DNA of 64,000 nucleotides from Candidatus Omnitrophota bacterium (GCA_015232565.1 JADFZK010000001.1:13160-77159); one strand, 5' to 3'; numbered from the stretch's first letter, positions 18,968 through 28,870 are shown. Program-made: numbers and translations. The notes: a model not told the origin generated them from the letters alone.

Positions 18968-19684
18968 TCAGAATACTGCCGGCGGGATCTGGTCCAGAGG
19001 AATGCCAGCGGGTGGTTCCTGGGGGCATTGACCCAGCTTGAAGCAACAGGCAAGCGCGATAGCCAGGGCTTGTTTCTGGGCGAACTGGATGTTCTGAAAG
19101 AGTTTCTCGGCCTGGGTGTCGGTGGTGGTGTCACGGCCGGAGAATATTTGCTGGTAGGTACGCGAGGTCAGCATATATTTAACGCTGGCCAGGGGGTCGA
19201 GCTTAACGGCGTCGCTCATCAGCATATACGAACGTTCATAATCATGGGTTTGATAAAGGGTGAGGCCGAGGTTAAATTTCGACCAGAACAGGGCGGGGTT
19301 TAAATAATAAGCTTTCTGAAAGTTTTCGGCGGCGGCAGCCGGGTTGCCTGAATGGTATTCACAGACACCGTTAAAGGTGTAAGCTTCGGGAATTTTGGGC
19401 ATTGCCGTAACCAGGTTCTGATAGTATGATCTGTATTCCTGCCATTCGGCGGCGGTGACTGCCCGGCGGGAAAACAACAGCTCCTGGAGCGCAGTAAAGC
19501 CGGGCATATTGAAATTCAGGCTGGTGATCTCGGCATTCTTTTTGGTCAGGGCGCGTTGATGCGCGATCCTGGCTAAAGGTGCGGAGGTGCTGTCTTTGGC
19601 AGTGTGATCCACGCACCACAAAAGTATTAAAGCCAGGGAAAAGAAGGCGGCGGTCAGCAGGGAGTATTTTTTTATTGGGCGCAT
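18968..19684 (-). CDS. Membrane-anchored TPR protein
   Basis: N-terminal TM; EAYTFNGVCEYHSG...AAENFQKAYYLNP...FNLGLTLY...AVKLDP. Confidence 0.75.
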   Translation of the reverse strand: MRPIKKYSLLTAAFFSLALILLWCVDHTAKDSTSAPLARIAHQRALTKKNAEITSLNFNMPGFTALQELLFSRRAVTAAEWQEYRSYYQNLVTAMPKIPEAYTFNGVCEYHSGNPAAAAENFQKAYYLNPALFWSKFNLGLTLYQTHDYERSYMLMSDAVKLDPLASVKYMLTSRTYQQIFSGRDTTTDTQAEKLFQNIQFAQKQALAIALACCFKLGQCPQEPPAGIPLDQIPPAVF

Positions 19685-19698
19685 GGGTGAATTATACT

Positions 19699-21120
19699 AT
19701 GTTTAAAATCAATAGGAACAGTTTCTTTACCGGCTTTTCTCCGGTCTGGGCGGCCATTTTGCTTAGTGCGCTCTATTGGCTGTACCTTATGCCCATCACC
19801 TTTCCCTTAATGGTCAATGATTCTTTGGGGTATCGGGATTTGGGCCAGCGGATAATGTCGCATGGCGTGTTCTCTTATTTGAATGGCGGAGTGAATCGGG
19901 AACCGCTTTATCCTTGTTTCCTGGCGCTGGCTATGTGGCTGGGGAAGCTGGTTCGCATGGATTATCAGCTCGTGCAGTATGTTATGCAATTTACCCTGCT
20001 TTTGGCGACCCAGTTCATTATGGTGGAAGTTCTGCGGTGGTTAAAGATCAATAAATGGATCATTGCCGGCACGGTGCTTTATTTTGGTTTCTCCCCGGCG
20101 GTAATTGGCGCCGCGGCCAGCGGATGGTCGGAGGTGCTTACCTTTCCCCTGGGTATCGGGGTCATTTTTATATTGTGCCAGTTTTGGGAAGCTCTGGCGC
20201 CGGACGGGAAGCACAGATTCAAGCTTGCGGTTACCGCGGCGGCGCTTTGCTTTATTATGTGCCTGGTGAAAAGTGTATTTGAATATGTAGCGATCTTGCT
20301 GGTGGTCCTGTTGTTCGTCCTGGCTTTTCTGGCTTTGGACCGCAAGAGATATCTGGCGCCATTGATCGTTTTCACGCTGGTCCTTTTTGGCGGGATACTT
20401 TCTTATAAAACGGCCAGTTATTTTGCTAATGGAGAGTTTACACTGAGTCAGCAGAGTGCGTTTGGCAAGTACGCGTTCTATGCCAGCACGGTTAGCAAAA
20501 CGCGACCGTTCACCATGAAAGATGTTAAATCGGGTTTACTGAATGCTACCGGTGGTTCGCTGTGCGACCGCTGGGATCCGGAGGGTTGCGCCAGATGGAA
20601 ATTGACCGTGGTCGACGGGATAGCTTTAGAAAAGCAGAAAGAATTGGCCGGCCGTAAGGATAAAGAAAGCGTGCTGGGCGGATTGATCGTCCAGAACCTG
20701 ACCGCGCATCCCTTCCGGTTTGCGGCGTTATATGGCACTGAACTGATCGGGATGTTCTTTTGGGAGTCGTCCCGCGAGGGTTTTGTGGTGTTCCCGGCAT
20801 TGGTGGTTCGCATTTTGAAGAATCCTTTCTGGGAGGTGTGGATCATTTATATCGTCGGGATCCTGACCTTGAGCGCGGTTGCCCTGGGGGCGGGTTATTG
20901 TTGGCGTCGTTTCTCAAAAGTGAGCTTGCTTCAGGACCGGGCCTTTATATTTCTGGTATTTTCCGGGCTGGTCGTGTTTTCTTTTCTGGGGGGTACGGCC
21001 TTGATATTCTTGCTTAAAAGATATGTGTATCCGTTCGTTCCCGTGTATCTGGTGATCATCGGGTGGGCCATTCAGCAGGTTTTCCTACAAAAGGCGGGAT
21101 ATGGATCTGAAACCAAATAA
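19699..21120 (+). CDS. Polytopic membrane protein, GT-C-like
   Basis: MVNDSLGY...NREPLYP loop, WSEVL, KRYVYP; many TM segments; start uncertain. Confidence 0.6.
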   Translation: MFKINRNSFFTGFSPVWAAILLSALYWLYLMPITFPLMVNDSLGYRDLGQRIMSHGVFSYLNGGVNREPLYPCFLALAMWLGKLVRMDYQLVQYVMQFTLLLATQFIMVEVLRWLKINKWIIAGTVLYFGFSPAVIGAAASGWSEVLTFPLGIGVIFILCQFWEALAPDGKHRFKLAVTAAALCFIMCLVKSVFEYVAILLVVLLFVLAFLALDRKRYLAPLIVFTLVLFGGILSYKTASYFANGEFTLSQQSAFGKYAFYASTVSKTRPFTMKDVKSGLLNATGGSLCDRWDPEGCARWKLTVVDGIALEKQKELAGRKDKESVLGGLIVQNLTAHPFRFAALYGTELIGMFFWESSREGFVVFPALVVRILKNPFWEVWIIYIVGILTLSAVALGAGYCWRRFSKVSLLQDRAFIFLVFSGLVVFSFLGGTALIFLLKRYVYPFVPVYLVIIGWAIQQVFLQKAGYGSETK

Positions 21121-22093
21121 AGCGCCGTTGATCTCGGTGGTGTTTTCTTTTCGTAACGAGGCTTTGGGCATTGCCGAACTGGTTAAACGCTGCCGCAAGG
21201 TAATGGCGGAGTTGCGTTCCCGGGGCAGGATCAGTAATCATGAACTGATCTTTGTTAATGACGCTTCCACGGACAATTCGGTTTTTATTCTGATGGAGCT
21301 GGCCGCGGAATTGCATGATATACGGATCCTGAACATGTCCCGTAATTTCGGGGTGGCTCCGTGTGTAATGGCCGGGCTGGCTTATGCCCGGGGCGAGGTC
21401 GTGGTGTATATGGACGCCGACCTGCAGGATCCGCCGGAGATCATTCCCGAGATGCTGGCGGCCTGGCAGGCGGGTGGTGTGGATGTGGTACATACCGTGC
21501 GGCGCTCGCGGCAGGGTGAGCCGGCCTTGAAGTTATGGGTGACGGGGATAGGTTATGCGATATTGAATCGTTATTGCGCGGTCAAGATCCCGAAGGAAGC
21601 CGGGGATTTCAAACTGCTTTCGCGCCGGGTGGTGGATCATTTGTTGACGCTTAAAGAGCAGAATCCTTTTATGCGCGGGCTGGTGTCCTGGGTGGGGTTC
21701 CGGCAGGTCTTTATTTCGTACGACCGCGCGGCCCGTTTTAGCGGCGCCAGCAAATTCTTCGTGCTGAGCCGTAAAGTTATCAGCAACTTTTTTAATTCGG
21801 CTATTGTGAACTTCTCGGCGGTACCCTTGCAGATCGCTTCTTACCTGGGGCTCACGGCGATCTTTGTTGACCTTTTCTTTATCGGGCATGTCTTGATCGA
21901 AAAATTAGCGGGACGTGCTATTCCCGGCTGGACGGCCATTATGACCATAGTGTTATTCATCGGCGGGATACAGCTTTTCTGTGTGGGCATGATCGGGCTG
22001 TATTTGAATGCCGTGCATGAACAGTCCAAGATGCGGCCGCGGTATATTGTTGAGTCAACGTATGGCTTTCCCGGGGAGAATGGCGGTGCGTAA
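21101..22093 (+). CDS. GT2 polyprenol-phosphate glycosyltransferase (GtrB/ArnC-like)
   Basis: FVNDASTD, SRNFG, MDADLQDPPE, AGDFKLLSR, two C-terminal TM helices, RPRYIV. Confidence 0.9.
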   Translation: MDLKPNKAPLISVVFSFRNEALGIAELVKRCRKVMAELRSRGRISNHELIFVNDASTDNSVFILMELAAELHDIRILNMSRNFGVAPCVMAGLAYARGEVVVYMDADLQDPPEIIPEMLAAWQAGGVDVVHTVRRSRQGEPALKLWVTGIGYAILNRYCAVKIPKEAGDFKLLSRRVVDHLLTLKEQNPFMRGLVSWVGFRQVFISYDRAARFSGASKFFVLSRKVISNFFNSAIVNFSAVPLQIASYLGLTAIFVDLFFIGHVLIEKLAGRAIPGWTAIMTIVLFIGGIQLFCVGMIGLYLNAVHEQSKMRPRYIVESTYGFPGENGGA

Positions 22094-23114
22094 CCGGTAT
22101 TTATTATTGAAGGCCAAGCTTTTGGCCCATGCCATCTGGACCGGCAAGCTCTCCTTGCGCAAGGTCATTAATGTCCTGGTTTGCAGTGCGGCGTTCACTC
22201 TGCGTCGGACGCGCTCCGGTGCGGCGCCTTTTATCCTGAGCCTGGAGGTCGGCAATGAGTGCAATGCCAATTGCCTTTTTTGCCGGGACGCCAAAGGCCG
22301 GATCTATGATACCGATCCTAAAGCTTTGCCCCTGGGCGGTATAAGTAAGGGCGTGATGCCCTTTGAAATGGCGGCCGATCTTATCCGGCAATGCTCAAAA
22401 GATTCTTTAATAGCGGTCTTATATACCAACGGCGAGCCCTTGCTTTACAAGGATCTGCCGCGGCTTATCCAGGCTTGTTCCCGGGTGAGATTGCTTTCCA
22501 TGATCGCGACCAACGGGCTTTTGCTGAACGAGAAGAACATTACGGAAATGCTCTCGGCCGGGATCGATTTTATTAAAGTGCAAATGAGCGGTTTTACCCA
22601 GGACGTTTATGCCGTGCAGGTACGCTTTGGCAATGTGGAGCGGCTCAAAGATAATATCCGGCTGTTGGCCCGCAAGCGGGATGAAATGAAATGCCCCACG
22701 GTGTTGATGCTGGACTTTATTGCGTACAGTTACAATTCTCATCAATTGCCCGACGTGCGGGCTTTTTGCCGTGAGCTGGGAGTGTCGCTTAATATCCGTC
22801 CCGGGAATCCGCGCGGAGGCCTGGAGGGCCGGGAGCCGGAGCTTTCGGCGGAGGCTTTGCCTTTGCCGGGCGGCTGTGACTGGCCTTGGAAAGGCCTGCA
22901 GGTTAATTTTAATGGTGAGGTCTTAATGTGTTGCGACGGAGTGACCTTTAGCGGCAGCCAGCCCTATGCCGTGTTCCGTCCCGGTGATCCGGTGGCGGTT
23001 ATCTGGAACGGAGCAAAGGCGCGCCAGGCACGGGCAACGCTGGCCACTCAAGGCCGCGGAGCCATTCCCATCTGCGCCCAGTGTTACCGCAAAGACCTGG
23101 CCTTCAAATGGTAG
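22080..23114 (+). CDS. Radical SAM protein with SPASM/twitch domain
   Basis: CNANCLFC, NGEPLL, ATNG, C-terminal CDWPW...GEVLMCCD...IWNG...CAQC. Confidence 0.88.
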   Translation: MAVRNRYLLLKAKLLAHAIWTGKLSLRKVINVLVCSAAFTLRRTRSGAAPFILSLEVGNECNANCLFCRDAKGRIYDTDPKALPLGGISKGVMPFEMAADLIRQCSKDSLIAVLYTNGEPLLYKDLPRLIQACSRVRLLSMIATNGLLLNEKNITEMLSAGIDFIKVQMSGFTQDVYAVQVRFGNVERLKDNIRLLARKRDEMKCPTVLMLDFIAYSYNSHQLPDVRAFCRELGVSLNIRPGNPRGGLEGREPELSAEALPLPGGCDWPWKGLQVNFNGEVLMCCDGVTFSGSQPYAVFRPGDPVAVIWNGAKARQARATLATQGRGAIPICAQCYRKDLAFKW

Positions 23115-23202
23115 TTCTCACTGAGCCTGTCGAAGTTTCTTTTGATCTTTTATTCCTCTTTAGATGGAAAATAGCGTTAGATCTACTACACAAGAGATCG
23201 CT

Positions 23203-24891
23203 ATGATCAAGAAATACGGGTTCCTTCTGGTGCTTCCTTTTATAGCCGCGCTGGTTACCCTGGCGGTTAAGTTCTCGCTGGGGCCGTATTGGTTGGGCCG
23301 TACTAGTGATCCGGCTTATTTCCATTTGGTGCAAAGCTTGTATTTGTTTAAAGGTGTGGCTCCGTTCCACATTGTGCATCCCGCCGCGCCATTGATGGCG
23401 CTGATCGTGCTGGTGGTCAAGCTTTTTAATCCCTGGGCACCGGTACCGGAACTTTTGGCCCAGGCCTTAAGCAACCCGGAGTTTTACTTAAACAGTGTTT
23501 ACTGGGTTCTTTTTACGGCCAGCTTTTTATCCTTTATTCTGGTGGGTGTGTATGCGTTTCGGCGTACTGCCAGCCGGACTTTTGCCTTGTTCTTTCAGGT
23601 GCCGGCCTTCTTGTACTTGGCTTTGCCGGGCCATGGCTGGTTCATCCTGGCCAGTGTTACGGCAGAAATGGGGTTGGTGCCGGCCATTAATTTGTTTTTT
23701 ATGTGTCTTATAAAAATTTATGCGAATCATAAAGCTGCAGCCAGTTTACGGAGCGCTTTGCTGTTTGCCCTGGCGTGCGCGTTCGGGCTGGCGCTGAAAA
23801 TTACGTTCCTGGCGGCGTTGATCGTGCCATTGTTCTTGCTTAAGGGCCGTAAAGTGCAATGCTTCTTTGTTGGGTCTGTCGCTGTTCTATTTGGGTTGTT
23901 CCTGTTCCCGGTATGGGGCCGTATGGAGTTGATAGTCTGGACGGTGGTCGGGCTGGTGACCTCTAGCGGGCCGTTGGGGTCGGGGACGCATAACGGTTTT
24001 ATTGCCTGGGACGGCATGTGGAATAACGCCGGGGTCCTGTTCCGGGATCAGTGGGCGGTTTGCGCGGTCTTTGTGGTCGGAGCTCTGTGGTCCGGGTGGA
24101 GATTGGCCCGGCGATCCGGAAGCCGGGAAGAGCGCATTATTTTGGTTCTGTGCCTGGCGGCGGGCGTGCATTTTCTGATGATAATAAAACATGGCACCTA
24201 TCGGTATTTTCAACTCGATCTGGCTTTGGCGGGAGCAGTGATGGCGTTTCTTACCCGGTCGCTGGCGGCCGCCGGATGGTGGCGGGTGCGCTGGTCGGCT
24301 ATTTTGCTGGTGGTTGTGGTGTTGCTGTCCGGCGTGCAGGGCGTGGGCCAGGCTTATGACCTTAACGGCTGGAGAAAGAAGAAGCTGGAATTTCTCGAGC
24401 GGATAAGAGCCAGGTATCCGCAGGATGTTATTTTGGGGTATTATCCTTCTTCCGGCCAGGGGAATGCCTTGTTTGTTGCCAATGATATTCGTAACGGCCG
24501 GGTGCTGGGAGATGAACTGAACCGGCTTTATCCCGGGCGGTTCTTTTTTGCCAGCTGGAACTATAGGGTAAGTGATTTCAAGGATGTGGTTTATTTGTCT
24601 GATATCCAGAAGTTGTCCGCGGGCGTTTATTTCCAGGGAGATTGTGCATTCCGTTTTGAGCAAGGCCCGTATCGGGTGACCCGGGTTGAGGAAGATGACG
24701 GCGAATGCCTTTTTCGCCTGGACAGTTCGCTGGAGCCTCGGGCGCTGGCCGAATGGTCGCGGGCCAAGACGGCCTGGAATCGGGACGATTTCTCCGGCGC
24801 CTGTCTGGCCGCGAAGAAAAGCCTGGCGTCCCGGTTTTATCCTCCGGCCCTGCCTCGGCAAATGATCCGCAGGGCGTGCGGCCAGAAATGA
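23203..24891 (+). CDS. Polytopic membrane protein, GT-C-like, with C-terminal soluble domain
   Basis: SDPAYFHL...HPAAP loop, LALKITF, YRYF; many TM segments. Confidence 0.55.
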   Translation: MIKKYGFLLVLPFIAALVTLAVKFSLGPYWLGRTSDPAYFHLVQSLYLFKGVAPFHIVHPAAPLMALIVLVVKLFNPWAPVPELLAQALSNPEFYLNSVYWVLFTASFLSFILVGVYAFRRTASRTFALFFQVPAFLYLALPGHGWFILASVTAEMGLVPAINLFFMCLIKIYANHKAAASLRSALLFALACAFGLALKITFLAALIVPLFLLKGRKVQCFFVGSVAVLFGLFLFPVWGRMELIVWTVVGLVTSSGPLGSGTHNGFIAWDGMWNNAGVLFRDQWAVCAVFVVGALWSGWRLARRSGSREERIILVLCLAAGVHFLMIIKHGTYRYFQLDLALAGAVMAFLTRSLAAAGWWRVRWSAILLVVVVLLSGVQGVGQAYDLNGWRKKKLEFLERIRARYPQDVILGYYPSSGQGNALFVANDIRNGRVLGDELNRLYPGRFFFASWNYRVSDFKDVVYLSDIQKLSAGVYFQGDCAFRFEQGPYRVTRVEEDDGECLFRLDSSLEPRALAEWSRAKTAWNRDDFSGACLAAKKSLASRFYPPALPRQMIRRACGQK

Positions 24892-24942
24892 TTGATCAGC
24901 GCTTGCGGCATAAAGTATATTCTGTGATATAATCGCGCCATT

Positions 24943-25824
24943 ATGAAAAAACTCACCGAAATATTCCAGGACCGGCCCAGAACCTTTTCATTCGAGGTCT
25001 TTCCGCCCAAGACTGACAAGGGCCGGGAGGCGCTGGAAGCCGCTTTGGTAGAGCTGGCGGGTTTGCCTTTTGATTTTATGTCGGTGACTTATGGCGCGGG
25101 CGGTTCCAGCCGGGATACTACGTCTTCCCTGGTGCGGGCGATACAGGATAAATTCAGTTTGCCGGCGGTACATCATTTCACTTGTGTCTTGCATACGCGG
25201 GCCCAGGTTAAGGCTATCCTGGATGACCTTAAGTCTTCGGGCGTCCGTAATTTGCTGGCCCTGCGCGGTGATCCGCCCCGGGATGAGCCGGACTGGGTAC
25301 CCGGGCCGGAGAACTTTAAATACAGCTCGGAACTGGTGGCGTTTATCCGTCAGCATTACGGGGATCATTTTGCGGTCGGAGTGGCCGGTTTTCCGGAAGG
25401 GCATTTGCTGGCGCCGGATAAAAGTTTCGATGCCGGGATCCTGAAAAAGAAGATAGCCGCCGGCGGAGATTTTGTGATGACCCAGTTATTTTTTGATAAT
25501 GCTCTTTATTTCGATTATGTCAAGCGTTTGCGCGCTCTGGGAGTGGAGGCACGGGTGATCCCGGGTGTTTTGCCCATTACCAATTATGAAGGCGCGGTAA
25601 ATTTTTGTAAAAGTTGCGGCGCGTCGGTGCCGGACGCAGTGCACCGGATATTTGCGCCGCTGGCCGGGGACAAGGATCAAACCCTGGCCGCCGGAACCAG
25701 TTATGCCATTAAGCAGTGCCGTGAGTTATTAGCGGGCGGGGCGCCGGGCATTCATTTTTACACTTTAAACAAGGTGGAGCCGGTGCGGACGATCATTCAG
25801 GAATTAATGCGGAGTCTTACATGA
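24943..25824 (+). CDS. metF: Methylenetetrahydrofolate reductase
   Basis: FSFEVFPPKT, SVTYGAGGS, LALRGDPP, VAGFPEGH, TQLFFDN, HFYTLN; TGn-TATAAT at 24925-24933. Confidence 0.95.
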   Translation: MKKLTEIFQDRPRTFSFEVFPPKTDKGREALEAALVELAGLPFDFMSVTYGAGGSSRDTTSSLVRAIQDKFSLPAVHHFTCVLHTRAQVKAILDDLKSSGVRNLLALRGDPPRDEPDWVPGPENFKYSSELVAFIRQHYGDHFAVGVAGFPEGHLLAPDKSFDAGILKKKIAAGGDFVMTQLFFDNALYFDYVKRLRALGVEARVIPGVLPITNYEGAVNFCKSCGASVPDAVHRIFAPLAGDKDQTLAAGTSYAIKQCRELLAGGAPGIHFYTLNKVEPVRTIIQELMRSLT

Positions 25825-26810
25825 AGAGCCGGGCACAAAACATTTTAATTACCGGCGGGGCGGGGTATATAGGGTCGCATATGGTGCGGCTTTTACTCGA
25901 GCAAGGTTTTAAACCGGTAGTTTTCGATAACCTTTCCACCGGGCATAAGGAGTTTATCCCCAAGGGTGTCCCTTTGGTCAAGGGGGATTTGCGTGATCCA
26001 GCGGCGGTGCGGAGAGCTTTCCGAAGATATCCCGTCAGCGCGGTGGTGCATTTTGCCGCGGCTATTGTGGTGCCGGAGTCGGTAGCGGAGCCTTTGAACT
26101 ATTACGAGAACAATGTGAGCGCCACGGTTAATCTGCTGAAAGGTATGAAAGAGGCGGGAGTGCGGCGGATAGTGTTTTCGTCGAGCGCTTGTGTATATGG
26201 CAATCCGCTGAAAAGTCCGATATTAGAGAATGAGCCGCTTAAGATCGAGAATCCGTATGGCGCTACCAAGGTGATGGTCGAGCAGATCCTGGGCGATCTG
26301 GCCCGGGCGGGGTGCATTGATTTTATTGCTTTAAGGTATTTTAATGTGGCCGGAGCTCATTCCCAGGGCGGGATAGGTATCAAGATGGCCAAGCCAACGC
26401 ATCTTATCCCTAATGTAATGCGGGTGGCTTGCGGCCTGAAGAAGGAATTGGCGGTTTTCGGTGATGATTACCCCACCAAAGACGGCACTTGCGTCCGGGA
26501 TTATGTTCATGTGGTCGATTTGGTCGAAGCGCATCTTTTGGCATTGAGAGCTTTGGCTAAGGGTAAAGTTAAGAATGAAGTCATTAATCTGGGCAATGGC
26601 CGCGGTTTTTCGGTAAAAGAGGTTATTGAAGCGGCGGTTAAAGTTACCGGACGTCCGGTGCCGCATAAGGTCTTGCCGCGCCGTCCAGGCGATTCGGTTA
26701 ATGTGGTGGCGTCCTACGCCAAAGCCCGGCGCCTGCTGGGCTGGAAGCCACAGCGCGGGCTGGACACGATCCTGTCTTCTGCCTACCAGTGGGAATGTGC
26801 CGGCTCCTGA
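25821..26810 (+). CDS. galE: UDP-glucose 4-epimerase
   Basis: ITGGAGYIGSH, YYENNV, PYGATK, LRYFNVAGA, DGTCVRDYVHV. Confidence 0.95.
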   Translation: MKSRAQNILITGGAGYIGSHMVRLLLEQGFKPVVFDNLSTGHKEFIPKGVPLVKGDLRDPAAVRRAFRRYPVSAVVHFAAAIVVPESVAEPLNYYENNVSATVNLLKGMKEAGVRRIVFSSSACVYGNPLKSPILENEPLKIENPYGATKVMVEQILGDLARAGCIDFIALRYFNVAGAHSQGGIGIKMAKPTHLIPNVMRVACGLKKELAVFGDDYPTKDGTCVRDYVHVVDLVEAHLLALRALAKGKVKNEVINLGNGRGFSVKEVIEAAVKVTGRPVPHKVLPRRPGDSVNVVASYAKARRLLGWKPQRGLDTILSSAYQWECAGS

Positions 26811-26819
26811 TATATTCGA

Positions 26820-26863
26820 TTGACAAATATTCTCCAATAAATATAATTGTTCATTAAATGAAC
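26820..26863 (+). promoter_or_regulatory. Consensus promoter plus palindromic operator of the glycan locus
   Basis: TTGACA (26820-26825), 16 nt spacer, TATAAT (26842-26847), then GTTCAT-TAA-ATGAAC (26849-26863). Confidence 0.75.
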
Positions 26864-26917
26864 GGTCGGCTATTTCCGGTATCGAACTCTATCTATTTGA
26901 ACGGGTTGAAATAAGCC

Positions 26918-27493
26918 ATGGACGAGCGAGAATTCGAATTGATCAATATCATCGGCGGTGAGCTGGGGGCCAATCAAAGGGACCTTTCCCGTCAGATGAA
27001 CCTGTCTTTAGGCATGACCAACATGCTTATCCGCCGCCTTATCACCAAAGGCTACCTGCGCATCAAACAGCTTAACAAGAAGAAGGTCGAGTATCTTTTA
27101 ACGCCGCGCGGTTTCTCGGAGAAAATGCGCAAGTCGGTGCGTTATACCATGAAGACCATTGGTTCAATAGGGCTGATTCGCAGAAGTATCTCCCGTTTAT
27201 TAAGCGAACTATATGCCGAAGGCACGCGCAAGTTTTATGTGCTTGGCAGTTCTGATCTTACGCTTCTGATCGAAATGGTTGTCCGGGAAGAGGTCTTTCA
27301 GGGCTCTGAGCTGGTTCATGTTACCGAGCCGCTACAGGCAAAGGGCGATGGCGTCCTTTTGGTGTGCCGCGAGCAGTCCGAACCGGTGGCGCTGGAAGGT
27401 GTGCGTGCGGTAAATGTGGTGGAAGAACTGGCTAAAGACGAGCTCTTCGCCGGGCACCTGAGCCCGGTGCCAGCGGGGGTCCTTAATGGCTGA
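26918..27493 (+). CDS. MarR-type winged-helix regulator (polysaccharide-locus associated)
   Basis: NQRDLSRQMNLSLGMTNMLIRRLITKGY...YLLTPRGFSEK. Confidence 0.85.
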   Translation: MDEREFELINIIGGELGANQRDLSRQMNLSLGMTNMLIRRLITKGYLRIKQLNKKKVEYLLTPRGFSEKMRKSVRYTMKTIGSIGLIRRSISRLLSELYAEGTRKFYVLGSSDLTLLIEMVVREEVFQGSELVHVTEPLQAKGDGVLLVCREQSEPVALEGVRAVNVVEELAKDELFAGHLSPVPAGVLNG

Positions 27494-28493
27494 AGTTGTT
27501 GATCCGTCTTTTAATGAAGTTATCGCTCTTATCCGTGCGGCTCGTGCGCAGGCTTTTCAGACGGTCAATACGGCATTGATTGACCTTTATTGGCAGTTGG
27601 GTGAATATATCAGTCGAAAGGTGATTTCTTCGGCGTGGGGAGAAGGGGTTATTGATAATCTGGCGTGTTTTATCGCGGATGGTCACCCGGACCTTAAGGG
27701 ATTTACCCGGAGTAATTTATTTAGAATGAGGCAATTGTTTGAGGCTTACCGGGATGATGAGAAAGTCGCACCGCTGGTGCGACAATTGCCCTGGGCACAT
27801 AATTTACTTGTCTTAAGCAAGTGTAAATTATCGGAAGAAAGAGAATTCTATATTCGTTTGGCGGTTCGAGATCGTTTGCCAAAAAGAGAATTGGAGCGGC
27901 AAATTGATGGGTGTCTTTTTGAAAGAAAGGTGCTGGCTCCAGTAAAAGTGTCACCACTGGTGACACTTTTATATCCTGCTGTGCAAGAAGAGTTTAAGGA
28001 TTCTTATCTGGTCGGTTTTCTGGATTTGCCCGAGCAACATTCCGAGAAAGACCTGCAAAAGGGGTTGCTTAAGGATCTTAAGAAGGTTCTTATGGAGTTA
28101 GGCCGTGATTTTTGTTTTGTTGGCGAAGAATATCGTCTTCAGGTGGGGGGGCAGGATTTTTTTGTGGACTTGTTGTTTTTTCATCGGGGTTTGTCGTGCC
28201 TGGTAGCCTTTGAAATAAAGGTAACCGATTTTAAGCCGGATTATATGGGGCAACTTGATTTTTATTTGGAAGCATTGGACCGGGATGTGCGAAAGCCGCA
28301 TGAAAAGCCGAGTATTGGCGTTCTTTTGTGTAAGTCTAAAGACGCTGAGGTTGTGGAGTATGCTTTGAGCCGCACCTTGTCGCCGGCTCTTGTGGCTGAG
28401 TATAAAACACGCTTACCGGAGAAGGCCTTTCTTCAGCAAAAACTGCGTGAATTTTATGATCTGGAGGCAGATAAGAAGGAAGGCGCGCAATGA
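27486..28493 (+). CDS. YhcG/DUF1016 PD-(D/E)XK nuclease-domain protein
   Basis: LYWQLGEYI...WGEGV, MELGRDFCFVG, DLLFFHRGLSCLVAFEIK, GQLDFYL, SIGVLLC. Confidence 0.92.
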   Translation: MAEVVDPSFNEVIALIRAARAQAFQTVNTALIDLYWQLGEYISRKVISSAWGEGVIDNLACFIADGHPDLKGFTRSNLFRMRQLFEAYRDDEKVAPLVRQLPWAHNLLVLSKCKLSEEREFYIRLAVRDRLPKRELERQIDGCLFERKVLAPVKVSPLVTLLYPAVQEEFKDSYLVGFLDLPEQHSEKDLQKGLLKDLKKVLMELGRDFCFVGEEYRLQVGGQDFFVDLLFFHRGLSCLVAFEIKVTDFKPDYMGQLDFYLEALDRDVRKPHEKPSIGVLLCKSKDAEVVEYALSRTLSPALVAEYKTRLPEKAFLQQKLREFYDLEADKKEGAQ

Positions 28494-28507
28494 AACGCGA
28501 CATGTAA

Positions 28508-28870
28508 ATGAAAGGTATATGTGTTACGGCCTATTCGGGTGGTAAAGGCCTGGAGGTTTTCGACCGGGATTAGTTTGTAGTTAAGGTGCCGCTGGGAGCG
28601 GAAGGCGTTGATCCGGTGTCCGGGATCAATGTTGCTGACGGGCATGGCGCAGTTCAGCAGACTACCCAGAAAACTACCCAGAAAACTACCCGGCATATAC
28701 TCGCTCTTATGAGGAAGGATCCGCATATTACCCGACAGGAATTGGCGAAAGTTCTGGCCTTGACCGATGAAGGTATCAAGTATAACTTGCGGAATATGCA
28801 AAGGGACGGGATCTTAAAGCGCGTGGGCGCCGACAAAGGCGGGCACTGGGAAGTTCTGGTTAAGGAATAA
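28508..28870 (+). pseudogene. C-terminal remnant of an ATP-binding/winged-HTH regulator with in-frame stop
   Basis: MKGICVTAYSGGKGLEVFDRD-stop(TAG 28571-28573)-FVVKVPL...TTQKTTQKTT...ITRQELA...GIKYNL...RVGADKGGHWEV. Confidence 0.6.
28661..28691 (+). repeat. 12-bp tandem repeat (about 2.5 copies) encoding TTQK
   Basis: actacccagaaa actacccagaaa actaccc. Confidence 0.85.

Noticed and set aside
23118-23136. CTGAGCCTGTCGAAG, resembling half of a widespread REP-like repeat
   Set aside because: Single half copy with no partner arm in the window; too short to support.
23887-24861. 324-aa minus-strand ORF
   Set aside because: Antisense shadow of a membrane-protein gene; Pro/Gln/Arg-rich with no motifs.
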